DNA of 63,896 nucleotides, the filler included, from Choristocarpus tenellus KU-1152 (Eukaryota; Protista; Phaeophyceae): NCBI GenBank assembly GCA_964200185.2. It is 12 parts of 12 records of this genome, joined end to end, with 100 filler letters (N's around TTAATTAATTAA, not from the genome) between each part and the next. Parts side by side here need not be neighbours in the genome. Positions count along the whole stretch, not along the records: positions 50,820 to 53,620 come from CAXNAD020024631.1; positions 53,721 to 57,876 come from CAXNAD020015935.1; positions 57,977 to 61,154 come from CAXNAD020021752.1; positions 61,255 to 63,896 come from CAXNAD020026032.1; 8 more parts are not named here. One strand, written 5' to 3'. This document shows positions 52,951 through 63,896 of this stretch, piece after piece. The first letter of the stretch is position 1. Every line of letters starts with the position of its first letter. The notes beneath the pieces are model-generated. The model saw nothing but the letters and a program-made list of their open reading frames with translations. It had not been told where the DNA came from and did not search any database. Made by a program: the position numbers and the translations under genes.

Positions 52951-53720
52951 TCTTTGCCATGGTTCTTGACTGGCCTGCTGCCTGGCTATCTTTTGATTTT
53001 TTTTAATGGCAAGGGGTGTGTCGGTGATTGTTGTTAGATCTATTATCTGGTGGTTGCTTTTATTTTGTGCCTGCGACTGTCATTTTTTAAAATTCGGTTG
53101 TGTGCGGTTATAGCAGTGTTCCATGCATGCCAAATTTGTCTGATGTACCAGCTCTTAAGGTGTTTGTTTGCCCCCACTCCCCCACTCTCACTTTCTGCAT
53201 CATTGGCTGACTCTTTGTGCCTAGATGACCTTTTTATAGTAAGTTATATCAACCCAGTATATTTGTCGATCACTTCCGGACAATAGTGTAAGGAAGTGAT
53301 AATGATAAACATTTCATACATTTCCTTCAGTAATGAATCGTGCAAACAACCAGGGCCAGGGGGTATAGTTAGATGAGACATCGCCTCAGAACAGTGGATT
53401 TGGAGAATTGAGGAAGGAGCGGGGCTATGAGGATGGTTGACGATCGAAAACGGTCTTGAAAAAGTACTGAAAAGTTTTTTTTGCAAATGTTTTTGCAGCT
53501 GTAAGGGCCCGGGATGTCTTTTTTTGCAAATGTTTTGGCACTTTTTAAGGGTCCGGATATATTTTTGTTCAAATATTACGGTACTTTTTGTGGAGGGCAT
53601 CGCTACGATTTGGAAGCGACNNNNNNNNNNNNNNNNNNNNNNNNNNNNNNNNNNNNNNNNNNNNTTAATTAATTAANNNNNNNNNNNNNNNNNNNNNNNN
53701 NNNNNNNNNNNNNNNNNNNN

Positions 53721-53883
53721 GGGGGGTGGCGGCTGTCCATTTGGGACCCGTTTTTCCATGTCGCAATTTTAGGGTGATTTATTTCCATGTGCCCAACGGA
53801 TAATGTAAGTGATCTCTTCCTGGTCAGGGCCCAAATGGACTCCATGGTGTAGACTCCTCCCTCCCCCCCAGACGCTCTGAGTC
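53721..53883 (+). mobile_element. MITE family B copy, truncated by a contig break
   Basis: GGGGGGTGGCGGCTGTCCATTTGGGA...CCCCAGACGCTCTGAGTC. Confidence 0.75.
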
Positions 53884-54444
53884 TCAACACTACAAGCAAT
53901 CCGTGTACGTATTTCACCCCTACCACAATGTAGCACTGCTTTCACAACTAAACTGGCATACATGTTCACAAGTGTACCAACATGTAGAGGTAGAGAGATG
54001 TACCACTATTGGATGGAGTATATACCTCCTTTCCTTTATCTCACGGTGCTTAATGTACATGCGTACATGATGTGACACGAAAAAATATGAAAATACAATG
54101 ACCTAGCAATCCCCAAAGCACTTCTACTATTTCGGGCAAGATTACACAGCAGAGCATGGAACGTGGGAACCCGCATACCCATGTACTCGCCACGAGAAGA
54201 TCTGGTCAATCTTCACATGACTTTGCCTGGTTTCCATTGTATATGCCTGACCGTTGCGATCACACTGCGGGCAATAAACAGAGCAAGAAACCCAAGCAAG
54301 TAGTGATTCCTGTTTTCCCAAAAAGAGATATAGTGTGAAATTGCATATGAATTAATGTGTTGGCATAACCACGTACGGTTACCACATGCAGGACATCTTG
54401 GGGAGGAAGCACAAAATATTTTGTTGCACAGAGTGAAACGAGGT

Positions 54445-54702
54445 GAGCCAAAGTATCTTAGAGGGTAGAGCCACGTCCATTTGGGGGCCAAAATACAGTG
54501 TTGCGATTTCAATGTAAATTTGGCTATCGTGTTTGTTAGGAAGTGTCAACATCCTTGCTCCAAACACACCTTTTCGTAACATACAAATTATACCTACTCC
54601 GAAATATTGTGGACTACGAAAATGTCATTAAAACCCAGAGGGAAGCCAAGCCCCAAATGGACAAACAGGGCAAAACTCGTACCCTCTAAGATACTTTCAC
54701 TC
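54445..54702 (+). mobile_element. MITE family A copy
   Basis: GAGCCAAAGTATCTTAGAGGGTA...TACCCTCTAAGATACTTTCACTC; 4-bp direct repeat AGGT. Confidence 0.88.
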
Positions 54703-55135
54703 AGGTAAGAAAATGGTTTACTACTATGACGACATTAGAACACTTGGAGTGAAATACTACCAGAGCAGGAGGAACATCATGCAATGCACCTAAAAGACTT
54801 GACCAATCGTAGGTGTAGGTGACCAATGGTGGTGTTGCTTCTTCGCCTGGCAGGGTTTCGCAAAGAGGACCTCGAGAGTGTAATGAATGGAGATATTCAT
54901 CAAGTTGGACCCTGCTATAGGCTGAGGGGCAACGAAAAAGTGGAGGAGGATAGAAATTTATAAGTTTATTTTTGATAGGTGGGTCGCTGTTTGTGAGGTT
55001 GCACTGGGTACTGAAATAACGAAATAGGGTTGGCTCTCCTGCCAAGTGACACCTGGTTAAATGTTGAAGTTATTGAGACAAACAAACGAAGTACTTGCTG
55101 TTCCAGCACCAATATAATACATTGTAGTGTTAGTA

Positions 55136-55904
55136 CCTCTCTGTCCCATAAGTCTGGGCCGTTATGTTTTTTTGTTAATAACTTTTTGCAATGTGAGATT
55201 GAGAAATAACAAATAATGTCATTCGAAAGTCAACAACTTCAGTTTGCACATAAATATCTTCAAAACATTTTTTATTTCGAAATGGTTGAGAAACCTCTGA
55301 ACACATTTTTGGGAGGGGAAATGGAAGATTTAGGGAAAGCAGGAAAACGGCCCCAAAATGACCGGAAATGATGGTTAATCGGTCATAACGTCTCAACGAG
55401 ACCTCTGATGAAGACACGGTTAGTTGCGTTGGATTCCTTGGCATTTTTTAAAATCAAATTAACTCCTAGTCACTCTCATTCTCTCCGTCAATCCACCAAG
55501 TTGTGGCCACGTTGTACGCTTCTCTGTCAATGGGGACCAAGTGATCCGGAACGCCCTCAGCAGAAATTGAGAGTGACGAGTAACTAATTTAATCCCAAAA
55601 TGCCAAGGAATCCTACGCAACTAACGGTGTCTTCATCAGAGGTCTCTTTGAGACATTGTGGTCGATTAGCCATCCTGGGTATTTTTGGTGATTTGATGTT
55701 CTTGCTAAATCTACCATTTCCAAAGGAAAGACGTTTGTGTTCAGTGGTCGGTTTCTCAACCATTTCGAAATGAAAAGATATTTTGAAGGTCTGTATGCGC
55801 GAATCGAAGTTGTTGCGTATCGAATGATATTATTCTGAATCTCACATTTGAAAAAGTTGTTATCAAAAAACCATAACGATATCAATTTATGATATAGAAG
55901 GGAG
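55136..55904. mobile_element. Stowaway-like foldback element (~770 bp, arms ~340 bp)
   Basis: TA|CCTCTCTGTCCCATAA...TTATGATATAGAAGGGAG|TA resembles the Stowaway CTCCCTCCGT terminus. 55136-55485 is an imperfect inverted repeat of 55562-55904. Confidence 0.75.
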
Positions 55905-56783
55905 TATATAGTAGTTCATGTATCTACACAACAAGATGAATGTATGTGTGGATATTATGGATATCGTTGTACAGCAGTAGTATATCAGTAGTATGCTTAC
56001 TTAGGACAACCAATAGAACAAACCATGTGGTACAGAATCCACGCCATCCTTCATTAGAACTATTGTACTTCTTGTGCAAAGTAGAGTTCTACATAGCAAC
56101 ACTATTACACTATCCCACTTTGTATTTTGGCATGCTGCTGTTACAGGTGATATGTCTTGATGGCGGTTTCATAAACACCATTAGGACATTGAAGTTCTAG
56201 ATTTGATATATTTGTGCTCCTTGATTATTTATTTATTATTTGGTCATTATGATCCCCAATTGTGATAAGACACTGTTGATCAGTTCCTTTTTATACGATG
56301 ATATTGATGATAATCCTAGTGAGAGATCCAGCATACTTGACGACTTGTGCATCAGGAGACCTATACGTGCATCAGTATCATCTATAGGCCCATAGATTGG
56401 AGTTATACGTCCTGTGGAGGTAAGCTTTCTGGGGCGTGCTGTAACATAGAGGTCCGACCGAGACTTCCACCCTGTAACATGGAGGTCCTACCGCCTCTCT
56501 TCAAACTGGAAAGAATACTCCATATTCACCTCAACACTTAGGATTCTTTGTAGCTTCCTACGCCCGCCTGGATTCTTTTCTTGTCCCACTTGGGTTTGTG
56601 ATCTTCATGCGGCGTCTGCGGGGTTTTCGTCTTAGCCTCGTCGTCTCCGTGGGTGCGATGGCATCTGTGGCTCCGAGGGAACCATCATCTTTCAATTGTA
56701 GTACAATGAGTGGTCTCTGACCGCCACATTATCCACCTATAGTTGTAAACGAGTGGTCTTTGACCGCCATGGTATAGACATTA

Positions 56784-56974
56784 ACAGGGGATTTCAAAAA
56801 TTGAGGATGGAGCTTTTCATTGAGGATGGGCTTGATCCAAAATTGGGAGAAAGTGCCGATATATTTCTTTTTGTAAATTTTAATCGATACATTTCGGTAA
56901 CTTTCTCCCAGTCAATTTTGGATCAAGCCCATCCTCAATGAAAAGATCCATCCTCAATTTTTGAAATCCCCTGT
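56784..56974. mobile_element. MITE family D copy (foldback)
   Basis: ACAGGGGATTTCAAAAATTGAGGATGGA...TCCATCCTCAATTTTTGAAATCCCCTGT. Confidence 0.8.
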
Positions 56975-57976
56975 TCGTTGCCTAGGTAGTTCTTCCTCGC
57001 CATTCGTACACTCACATTCCCACTCTGTTTTTCGTGTATCACACTGTTCTTTATTTCACAGGTTCCGCTGGAAATCAGTGATTCGGAGATGTTCCTGCCC
57101 AAGGCCAGACATGCGAGAACTCTTGCAGCAGTTGTGACGGCCCAACGTGTTTATGCACCGCGTCCATGCATCAATAACTTCACCCCTTTCCACATCGAGC
57201 TCGTCTGACTTTCTTAGGACACACAGCGGTTCTTTCAGGTGCTTCGTCTGCAATCGACGTCCCACACATCAAAGGACAGCTCTAGCAGGTCCGTTGAGAC
57301 GACGTTACTGCAACTGAGTGGTTCATATTTCGGTGAGAGAATGCACCCTTTTTGGATGGCCAGCCGAAAATCTTGGTAAAGGTTGCCATGTATTTATTTA
57401 TTTTTAGAGAGAGAAAGGTGTGACGCGGAAGGCTGCGACCGTAGCCTAGTTTTCCACTATCGAGCGTATACCGTAGACTTGCGGATGCCTCATACATGTA
57501 AAGCTCGTTTGGGGGGGGGTATAGAGGTGAAGATCAACTCATTGATTTGTACGAACGAGCCCAACTCTCCTACCCATATCAAATTATCCTCTGTTTTCTA
57601 TTATATTATATATTGTATTTTTTCTTTTACAGATTAGAAGCCAAATTCAAATTCACCCACAAAGATTTTCGCAGACGGATTATGGATAATCTCGTAAAAG
57701 AGTTATCCAATCGAAGCGACCGATTTATCCCAGCCAATCAAAAGGCTGCAAAACCTGCAGTGTACAAGGAGGGACTTGACATTGATTTGAGTAGAGGGTA
57801 GATGGGCTTGTTTGCTAGCATATGTCACACCCTTGCGCTGACTCAGTCGAAACCCTGATCGTCAGGCAGAAACAGGNNNNNNNNNNNNNNNNNNNNNNNN
57901 NNNNNNNNNNNNNNNNNNNNTTAATTAATTAANNNNNNNNNNNNNNNNNNNNNNNNNNNNNNNNNNNNNNNNNNNN

Positions 57977-58042
57977 CAGTCAATTTTGGGTCAAGCCCAT
58001 CCTCAATGAAAAGCTCCATCCTCAATTTTTGAAATCGGCAGT
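57977..58042. mobile_element. MITE family D right arm, truncated by a contig break
   Basis: CAGTCAATTTTGGGTCAAGCCCATCCTCAATGAAAAGCTCCATCCTCAATTTTTGAAATCGGCAGT|TA. Confidence 0.7.
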
Positions 58043-60118
58043 TAGTTGTAGTCGTCAGAACGATAAATAAATGAGGTATGTTATCGTGACTGATGATGAT
58101 TTGATGAGGGTGGATGAGGAGTAAAAGTAATTGCAAGGTAAGCAGGTTTGGACCCTTTTGGCTTCTGGGCCATCTTTCCTACCCTTAGAAATATACCCTA
58201 TTACAATGCTGTTTGTGTACAGTAGTGCGCACAAAGTGATACCACAACTCAACCAAGTTTTTTTATGTAATAATTGCACAAAATGGGCTCTCTTCGCCAT
58301 TCCTCAGGATCCTTAAAATGCAACCTTAACTACCTCAATTACTTCGGCTCCGATGATGTTTGAATAAAAATTGAAAAAGTGTAACCCAAGAAAACCACGC
58401 CAGCCCAGGTCGGCTCATGGATGGATGTTAACGCATTCAACAACCAAAATATAAAGTCACTACTGGGAGTGATGTGTGCTTAGACGAAGCAGCAATAAAC
58501 ATATCAATGAGTACATAGTAACTAGATGGTATTCATTACATACATATAATATGTAGGTAAATGTGTATCTTTTGTTTTTGCTCTCCTGTTTTTTGTCTTT
58601 TAAACAATATTATTACTGTCGCAGTGAATTATCTCGAGAGCATTTATTATTATGATGTAGTACAGGGCTTAAGAATGAAGGGTTGTAGATTTACCACAGA
58701 CCATAGAATTGAGAAATATTCTATGCAGCATGTATGTGGAGTAGTAGGTAGTCCCTGTTGTTGGTTTGAAATTGCTTCGTGTTGATATTTGATCCTGGTT
58801 TTAAATATTAGTTTGGTCTCAAGCTGTGACTTTCTTCCTGTTGTGGTGGTGGAGGTGAGATCTGTATAGTAATAGGTTTAAGTAGCTGGGGTCAAATTTG
58901 AAATAGAGACGGAGTTCCACGTATAGAAGTTTCTATACTTGCTGTTGAATGCCAAATGTCACAACAAAGCTCGTAACTGTCAATCCTGGAAGACTTTTAT
59001 CACGGGACATGAATTTACTTGTAAGTATATTATTCGAATTGTATGTGTGAGGAAAATGTATATATTCTTATTTTGGAAGTATTATGTATGGATAATAATA
59101 GGTGAAGCCCACCGAATACCATTTCGAATTGATTCTGATATGCTGTAGAAGTAACTTTCTCAAAAATCAACTCAGGTCAATCAGCTGTTAGTAACCAGCG
59201 CATCACGCGCATGTCCTAATTCATTCCGGATAACTGCTTCTCAGTTGTGGGGTGTGCGTTCATGGTAGTGACCGTTCTTGATGTCTCGGCTAGTATCACC
59301 TTTGGTTGTCAGAGAATCCCAGCCTGACAATGTGGGGACCAATTCATCACACGAAATCAAGAAAATCGCTGGGAAAAAAGGAGTTTCATTCGACTTGCTT
59401 GAGGTAAAGGGCTAGGTAGGTAAGAGCTCCACCCGTCTTGTCGCGCAGGTTGCTCTGGGTAGCCATGAGTCAAACGACAGTTTGAACAGTCAGGATAGTA
59501 ATTCTGATCTAAATCCTTGCTTTTTACCTCTTCTTACAGGCAGGAATATATGATGTACTGAAGAGTACTTCAGAGTACTACGTAGCACACACACTTTTTT
59601 TTTCATGTGAACCAATATGTAAACAACATACTCTGATATTCTGTGCCACAGCATAAGTGCCTACGATGCGGGGCAGGGCGCTGCCCTTGCCAAAAGCCCT
59701 GGACTACTCCTTGGTTTCTGTTTGAGTAACCTCCTCCAATTGTCATACATGTTTATTTGCGGTGTCACTGGATCACTACTGGTGATGTGTCAGTTGTATC
59801 AAACAATCTATAAAAAGGAAATAGACTGGTACTACTACTGCTGCTACCATTCTGTACTCACGGGATACAAGGAGGATCTTTGGATAACCCGATGCATATC
59901 CTTACCTTTGTATTTAACTTACGGTAGTAGTGCTTGTTGTCGACAACGACAAGACATAGGAGAGGTGAAATAAAACACTCGAGAAAATAGTGGAAAGTGC
60001 AACAATTGGAGGGAAGGAAGGTCAAATCTTGGCAACGTTGCAGTTGTCCAAAGAAAAGAAAGAAGGCACAAGAACGGGAAAACGTCCTTGAGGGTGCAAT
60101 CAACCAAATATCGATTGA

Positions 60119-60389
60119 GTGGCATAGTATCTTAGAGGGGGGAGTGTCTAGCCCAGGCAGTCTATTCGGGGCTTAATGGGGTTTTGTAAGATACCCCAGT
60201 TCGATACCCGTTTTGCGAGTGAATTTCCTTCGGATTTGGTTCAGGCAGGGAGGTGGAAAGAAAGGTGCGCTCAGATGAAAGAAATTTCCCTTACATCTGA
60301 CACATTCACTCAGATAACATGAAAAAGCACTACAGGTTCACACAAGCCCCGAATGGGCGCCTTACCCCCCTTCTAGAATGCTAAGGGTC
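60119..60389. mobile_element. MITE related to families A and B (single copy here)
   Basis: Imperfect TIRs ..TAGTATCTTAGAGGGGGG / CCCCCCTTCTAGAATGCTA..; subterminal GTCTATTCGGGGCTT / AAGCCCCGAATGG; TGA on both sides. Confidence 0.55.
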
Positions 60390-61084
60390 TGAAGATGATA
60401 TATAAGGACGGAGGTGAGCATAGCAGTCATCTGTTGAGGTGGTGTGGTCGGCATCTATCTCGCCATTTACTACATACGATTGGAACAAACGACAAGGAAG
60501 GATGTTAAATGTTGCCGTGATGAAACATCTAATCAATCAAATGGCAAGAACAAATCCCTGGGGATACCCACTTGCCTTCACCATGCACCCCTCAATACAA
60601 GCCTAAACTTATTCCGAGATCTGAGATGATAGTAGCAGTATTGCATAGAACTATTGACCTACCTCGAAACTGATCACCCGACTAATAAAACACATCCCCA
60701 ACTTGTAAACTAAGAGTAACAAAATCGCAACCTCTTTCATTTTAAACAGTCGTGACACATGTGTGCGTGACAAGAAGTTGGAGTAATTTTTACGTTGGAA
60801 TAGTATTGGACACCGTGGAAACAGTACATGTCATCATGGGTACAAGTAACCCCAGGTTCCTGTTATGGGAAAGGTAGTAACTTCCACAGGAGAACATAGA
60901 CAGTCAAGATTCAAAGATGCAGTGATCTTTTTCCTCGTAAATTTTGTTGAGGATTTGATCCACTTGCAAGCACATGCATACAGTTCTAATCGATCGCAGC
61001 AAATAAAGAATTGACTCTTTACGTAAGGTATTATAATTTCAGTGTTCATGCTAACAAACTACAGAGTAGATTGCCTTTAGTCCA

Positions 61085-61154
61085 GGCTCTAAGTATCTGG
61101 GAGGGGGTAGCGGCTGTCCATTTGGGGTCAATTTTTTCATGTCGCGATTTTTGG
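61085..61154 (+). mobile_element. MITE family B left part, truncated by a contig break
   Basis: GGCTCTAAGTATCTGGGAGGGGGTAGCGGCTGTCCATTTGGGGTC. Confidence 0.7.
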
Positions 61155-61254
61155 NNNNNNNNNNNNNNNNNNNNNNNNNNNNNNNNNNNNNNNNNNNNTT
61201 AATTAATTAANNNNNNNNNNNNNNNNNNNNNNNNNNNNNNNNNNNNNNNNNNNN

Positions 61255-61300
61255 GGACGTCCCCCCACAAACCACCCCCCCCCCCCCAGATACGTTGACC
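61255..61300. mobile_element. MITE family B end at a contig start
   Basis: polyC-AGATACGTTGACCC. Confidence 0.5.
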
Positions 61301-62179
61301 CTTTTGGAGATATATGCGGAGTCGAGTGACATTGAACATGCAGGAAACTTACTGTGAAAGACCAGGATGAGTTTAATTGAAGCACACACAGTACAAAACC
61401 TGCGTGGCAGGTGGACATAAGGGAATTTTCCTGCATGTACATGAACGTTTATTTTCTGCTTTTTTGTGGAGGTAATCTACTTTCCTGTCCTGTATTGCGT
61501 TGTGTGGTATTGTGAGTTGCACTGGATACAATGCTGAGGTCATTTATTGAATAAGGTTGTGGTAGTGTGGCTCTGTAGTATTAGCAGTCGGTCCAGGTCA
61601 GGTGGTATGGTCCAAGTACAAGCACAGTACTACTATTTGTAAATGTTATCCTGGTGCACGTGTTATCTGAATTGAATTAAATTTAATTTTGCTTACGGGA
61701 TGACCCTCCCTCAGGTTGCTCAAGACAAGGTTTTGCGATCGTCAGATTGATTTGTTGTAGTTTGTCTTTTGGATTGCTGGGTATGATACACAGTGTTTCC
61801 TGCACTTTTTTGTTTCCTCAATTTGTTTTCCATAATTGGTCTTTCCTGGCAGTGTTTTTTGCTCCTTGATTTTTATTTTTGGGATCTCCCCAGAATACAC
61901 TACTGCTGTTGTCTGTTCTGTTGTTTCCTACCGGGTGCCACCAGGGTATATGTGACCTGTTTGCCCTCCTGTGCCTTTCTGTGAACACGAGCATCCCTTA
62001 CAAGTGTGATACTTTGAAGGAAATGGGAGGAGCCTATGTACCACAATAACATCCAGTATTTTAGGATTACTAAATGAACTGTGCATACAAAGTACACATT
62101 TTACGGATGACATAATGGTGTGTACCTTGTATATAGGGCAGTTTCTGTCGCGTATCGGATACCTTGTAATGTGGCAGAA

Positions 62180-62406
62180 GAGCCAAAGTATCTTAGAGGG
62201 TAGAGCCATGTCCATTTGGGGGCCAAAATTCAATTTGGCTATCGTGTTTGTTAGGAAGTGTCAATATCCTTGTTCCGGACACACCTTTTCATAACGTATA
62301 CACTTTACCTACTCCGAAATATTTTGAAGTAGGAAAATGTCATATAACGCCCTGAGGGAAGCCAAGCCTCAAATGGACAAACAGGGCAAAACTCGTACCC
62401 TCTAAG
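62180..62406 (+). mobile_element. MITE family A copy (right TIR clipped)
   Basis: GAGCCAAAGTATCTTAGAGGGTA...TACCCTCTAAG. Confidence 0.82.
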
Positions 62407-63830
62407 TACACTGCCCATCGCAGGATACTGAAATGCTAAACTGTCCTGAACTGATATAAGACTGTTATCGCCTCAAACATCAGTCTATGGCGGGGCCCAC
62501 AAAATAAGGCGGTTGACCCTGTCTGGCACACCGCCGCCTTAAATTGGGGCCCCCACTGTGGTTCCGTGTGCATTTGGAATTGACGACGGATCAAGTGGTT
62601 GGTAGGGTGGAGGTAGTGGAGAAGTTTCAGACTAAGAGTGAGCAAATAATAATAATAATGGTACTACTACACAAATAATACAATAACAATAATTGTGGTA
62701 TCGTTTTGTTTTGTTGTATTCTTGATCTGTGCTGGTATGGTTCACTCAGACAAGAGGGGGTGATGAAGAGAATCATCAGACCACACGGACCACACGGACC
62801 ACACGGACCAAGCCGAACTGTAATAGAGAGGTCGAGGTAAGTTTGGACAAGGACAAGAGTGGAGAGTGGATGAAGAGTGAGGATCGGATGAGAGTGGATC
62901 ATTAGAGAGTCAACGTAAAGGAGAGGTACACAAGAATTGCATTTAAAAGATGCCGAAACATATGTGCATAGTTCGACTTTTTTTACAAATGCGTACAAGA
63001 TATTATCCGAATTATGTCGAAAAGTTTCAGACATAGAGAAATCAACCTCCTCAAGTCAAACTTAGCACTACATCAATAGAAAGATGGGTGAATTGAAAAA
63101 GATTAAAAAACTGGCCTATAATGGAAAACTGCCAAAAACTGGGAATTTGGCTCAGAGTGACAGCACATGGTGTCAGGGAATCCTTGAATCTTGGTATCTC
63201 TGATTGGGGAAAACTTTCTTGAAGATATTCAATCAGCAGTCTTACTAAGATCGTTTGTTCACTTGAATCCATGGTTCCTGACTGAGGAAACCCTCAAACA
63301 GTCCCATGCTATATGGCAATAACGGTAAAGCAACACAAACCGCTGCTTCCCATGTTTCTCCCCTACTTATTTCTTGTTTTGTAGATAGTAATTCTTGCAA
63401 CATTTTATTGGATGTAACATTAGAATATAGAGTGCAAGGTCAATATCTGCTACTTTGAAGTATTAAATAGGTATGGAGAACGTTTGGCGTATGAGAGCTG
63501 CCGACAGGTGTGTGGAGAAATTCTGTGCAAGATACTTTAAAACACCTAACAAGGTGTAGAAACCCCTCTTTTTTGTTCTTGTCAAATGAAATTGGATAAT
63601 CAACACCACATTTCCAAGAAAGAACTCTGGCAGTGAGCCCTCAAAATTCATGTGGGTGGTCAACTCCTATACACCGACCCCCAAGGATGCAATAAAAATC
63701 GAATCATAATTTGGGTTGCGCAAATGGTTTCGACCCTGAAAATGCAACACATACTGTTACTTACTACATAGGACTATCTCATCAGAACAACAAACCTGGT
63801 CCCATATAGTGTCCTGGAAACTTCCCTTCA

Positions 63831-63896
63831 GATTGAAAGTATCTTAGAGGGTACGAGTTTTGCCCTGTTTGTCCATTTGAGGCTTGGCTTCCCTCG
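63831..63896 (-). mobile_element. MITE family A end, cut by the window edge
   Basis: GATTGAAAGTATCTTAGAGGGTACGAGTTTTGCCCTGTTTGTCCATTTG. Confidence 0.8.

Overview
Eukaryotic, intron-rich and transposon-dense genomic DNA, most likely from a brown alga or another stramenopile (inferred from gene structure and the retroelement relics). The window is not one locus. It is 12 short contigs joined by 11 identical artificial 100-bp spacers (44N-TTAATTAATTAA-44N), so adjacency across spacers means nothing. Well-supported host genes are the 3' half of STI1/HOP (6 exons, +) and the 3' part of a phosphate-carrier-like mitochondrial carrier (4 exons, -). Three exons of an unknown gene (-) are less certain. 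The rest is mostly mobile DNA: more than 20 copies of related MITEs with G(A/G)xxCAAAGTA termini and 3- or 4-bp target duplications, an internally deleted pogo/Tigger-like element, a DD39D mariner relic, a Stowaway-like foldback element, non-LTR relics and several minisatellites. The most unusual coding signal is an uninterrupted ~370-codon frame with a ParB/Srx-like NGQHR motif. No rRNA, tRNA or CRISPR array is supported.
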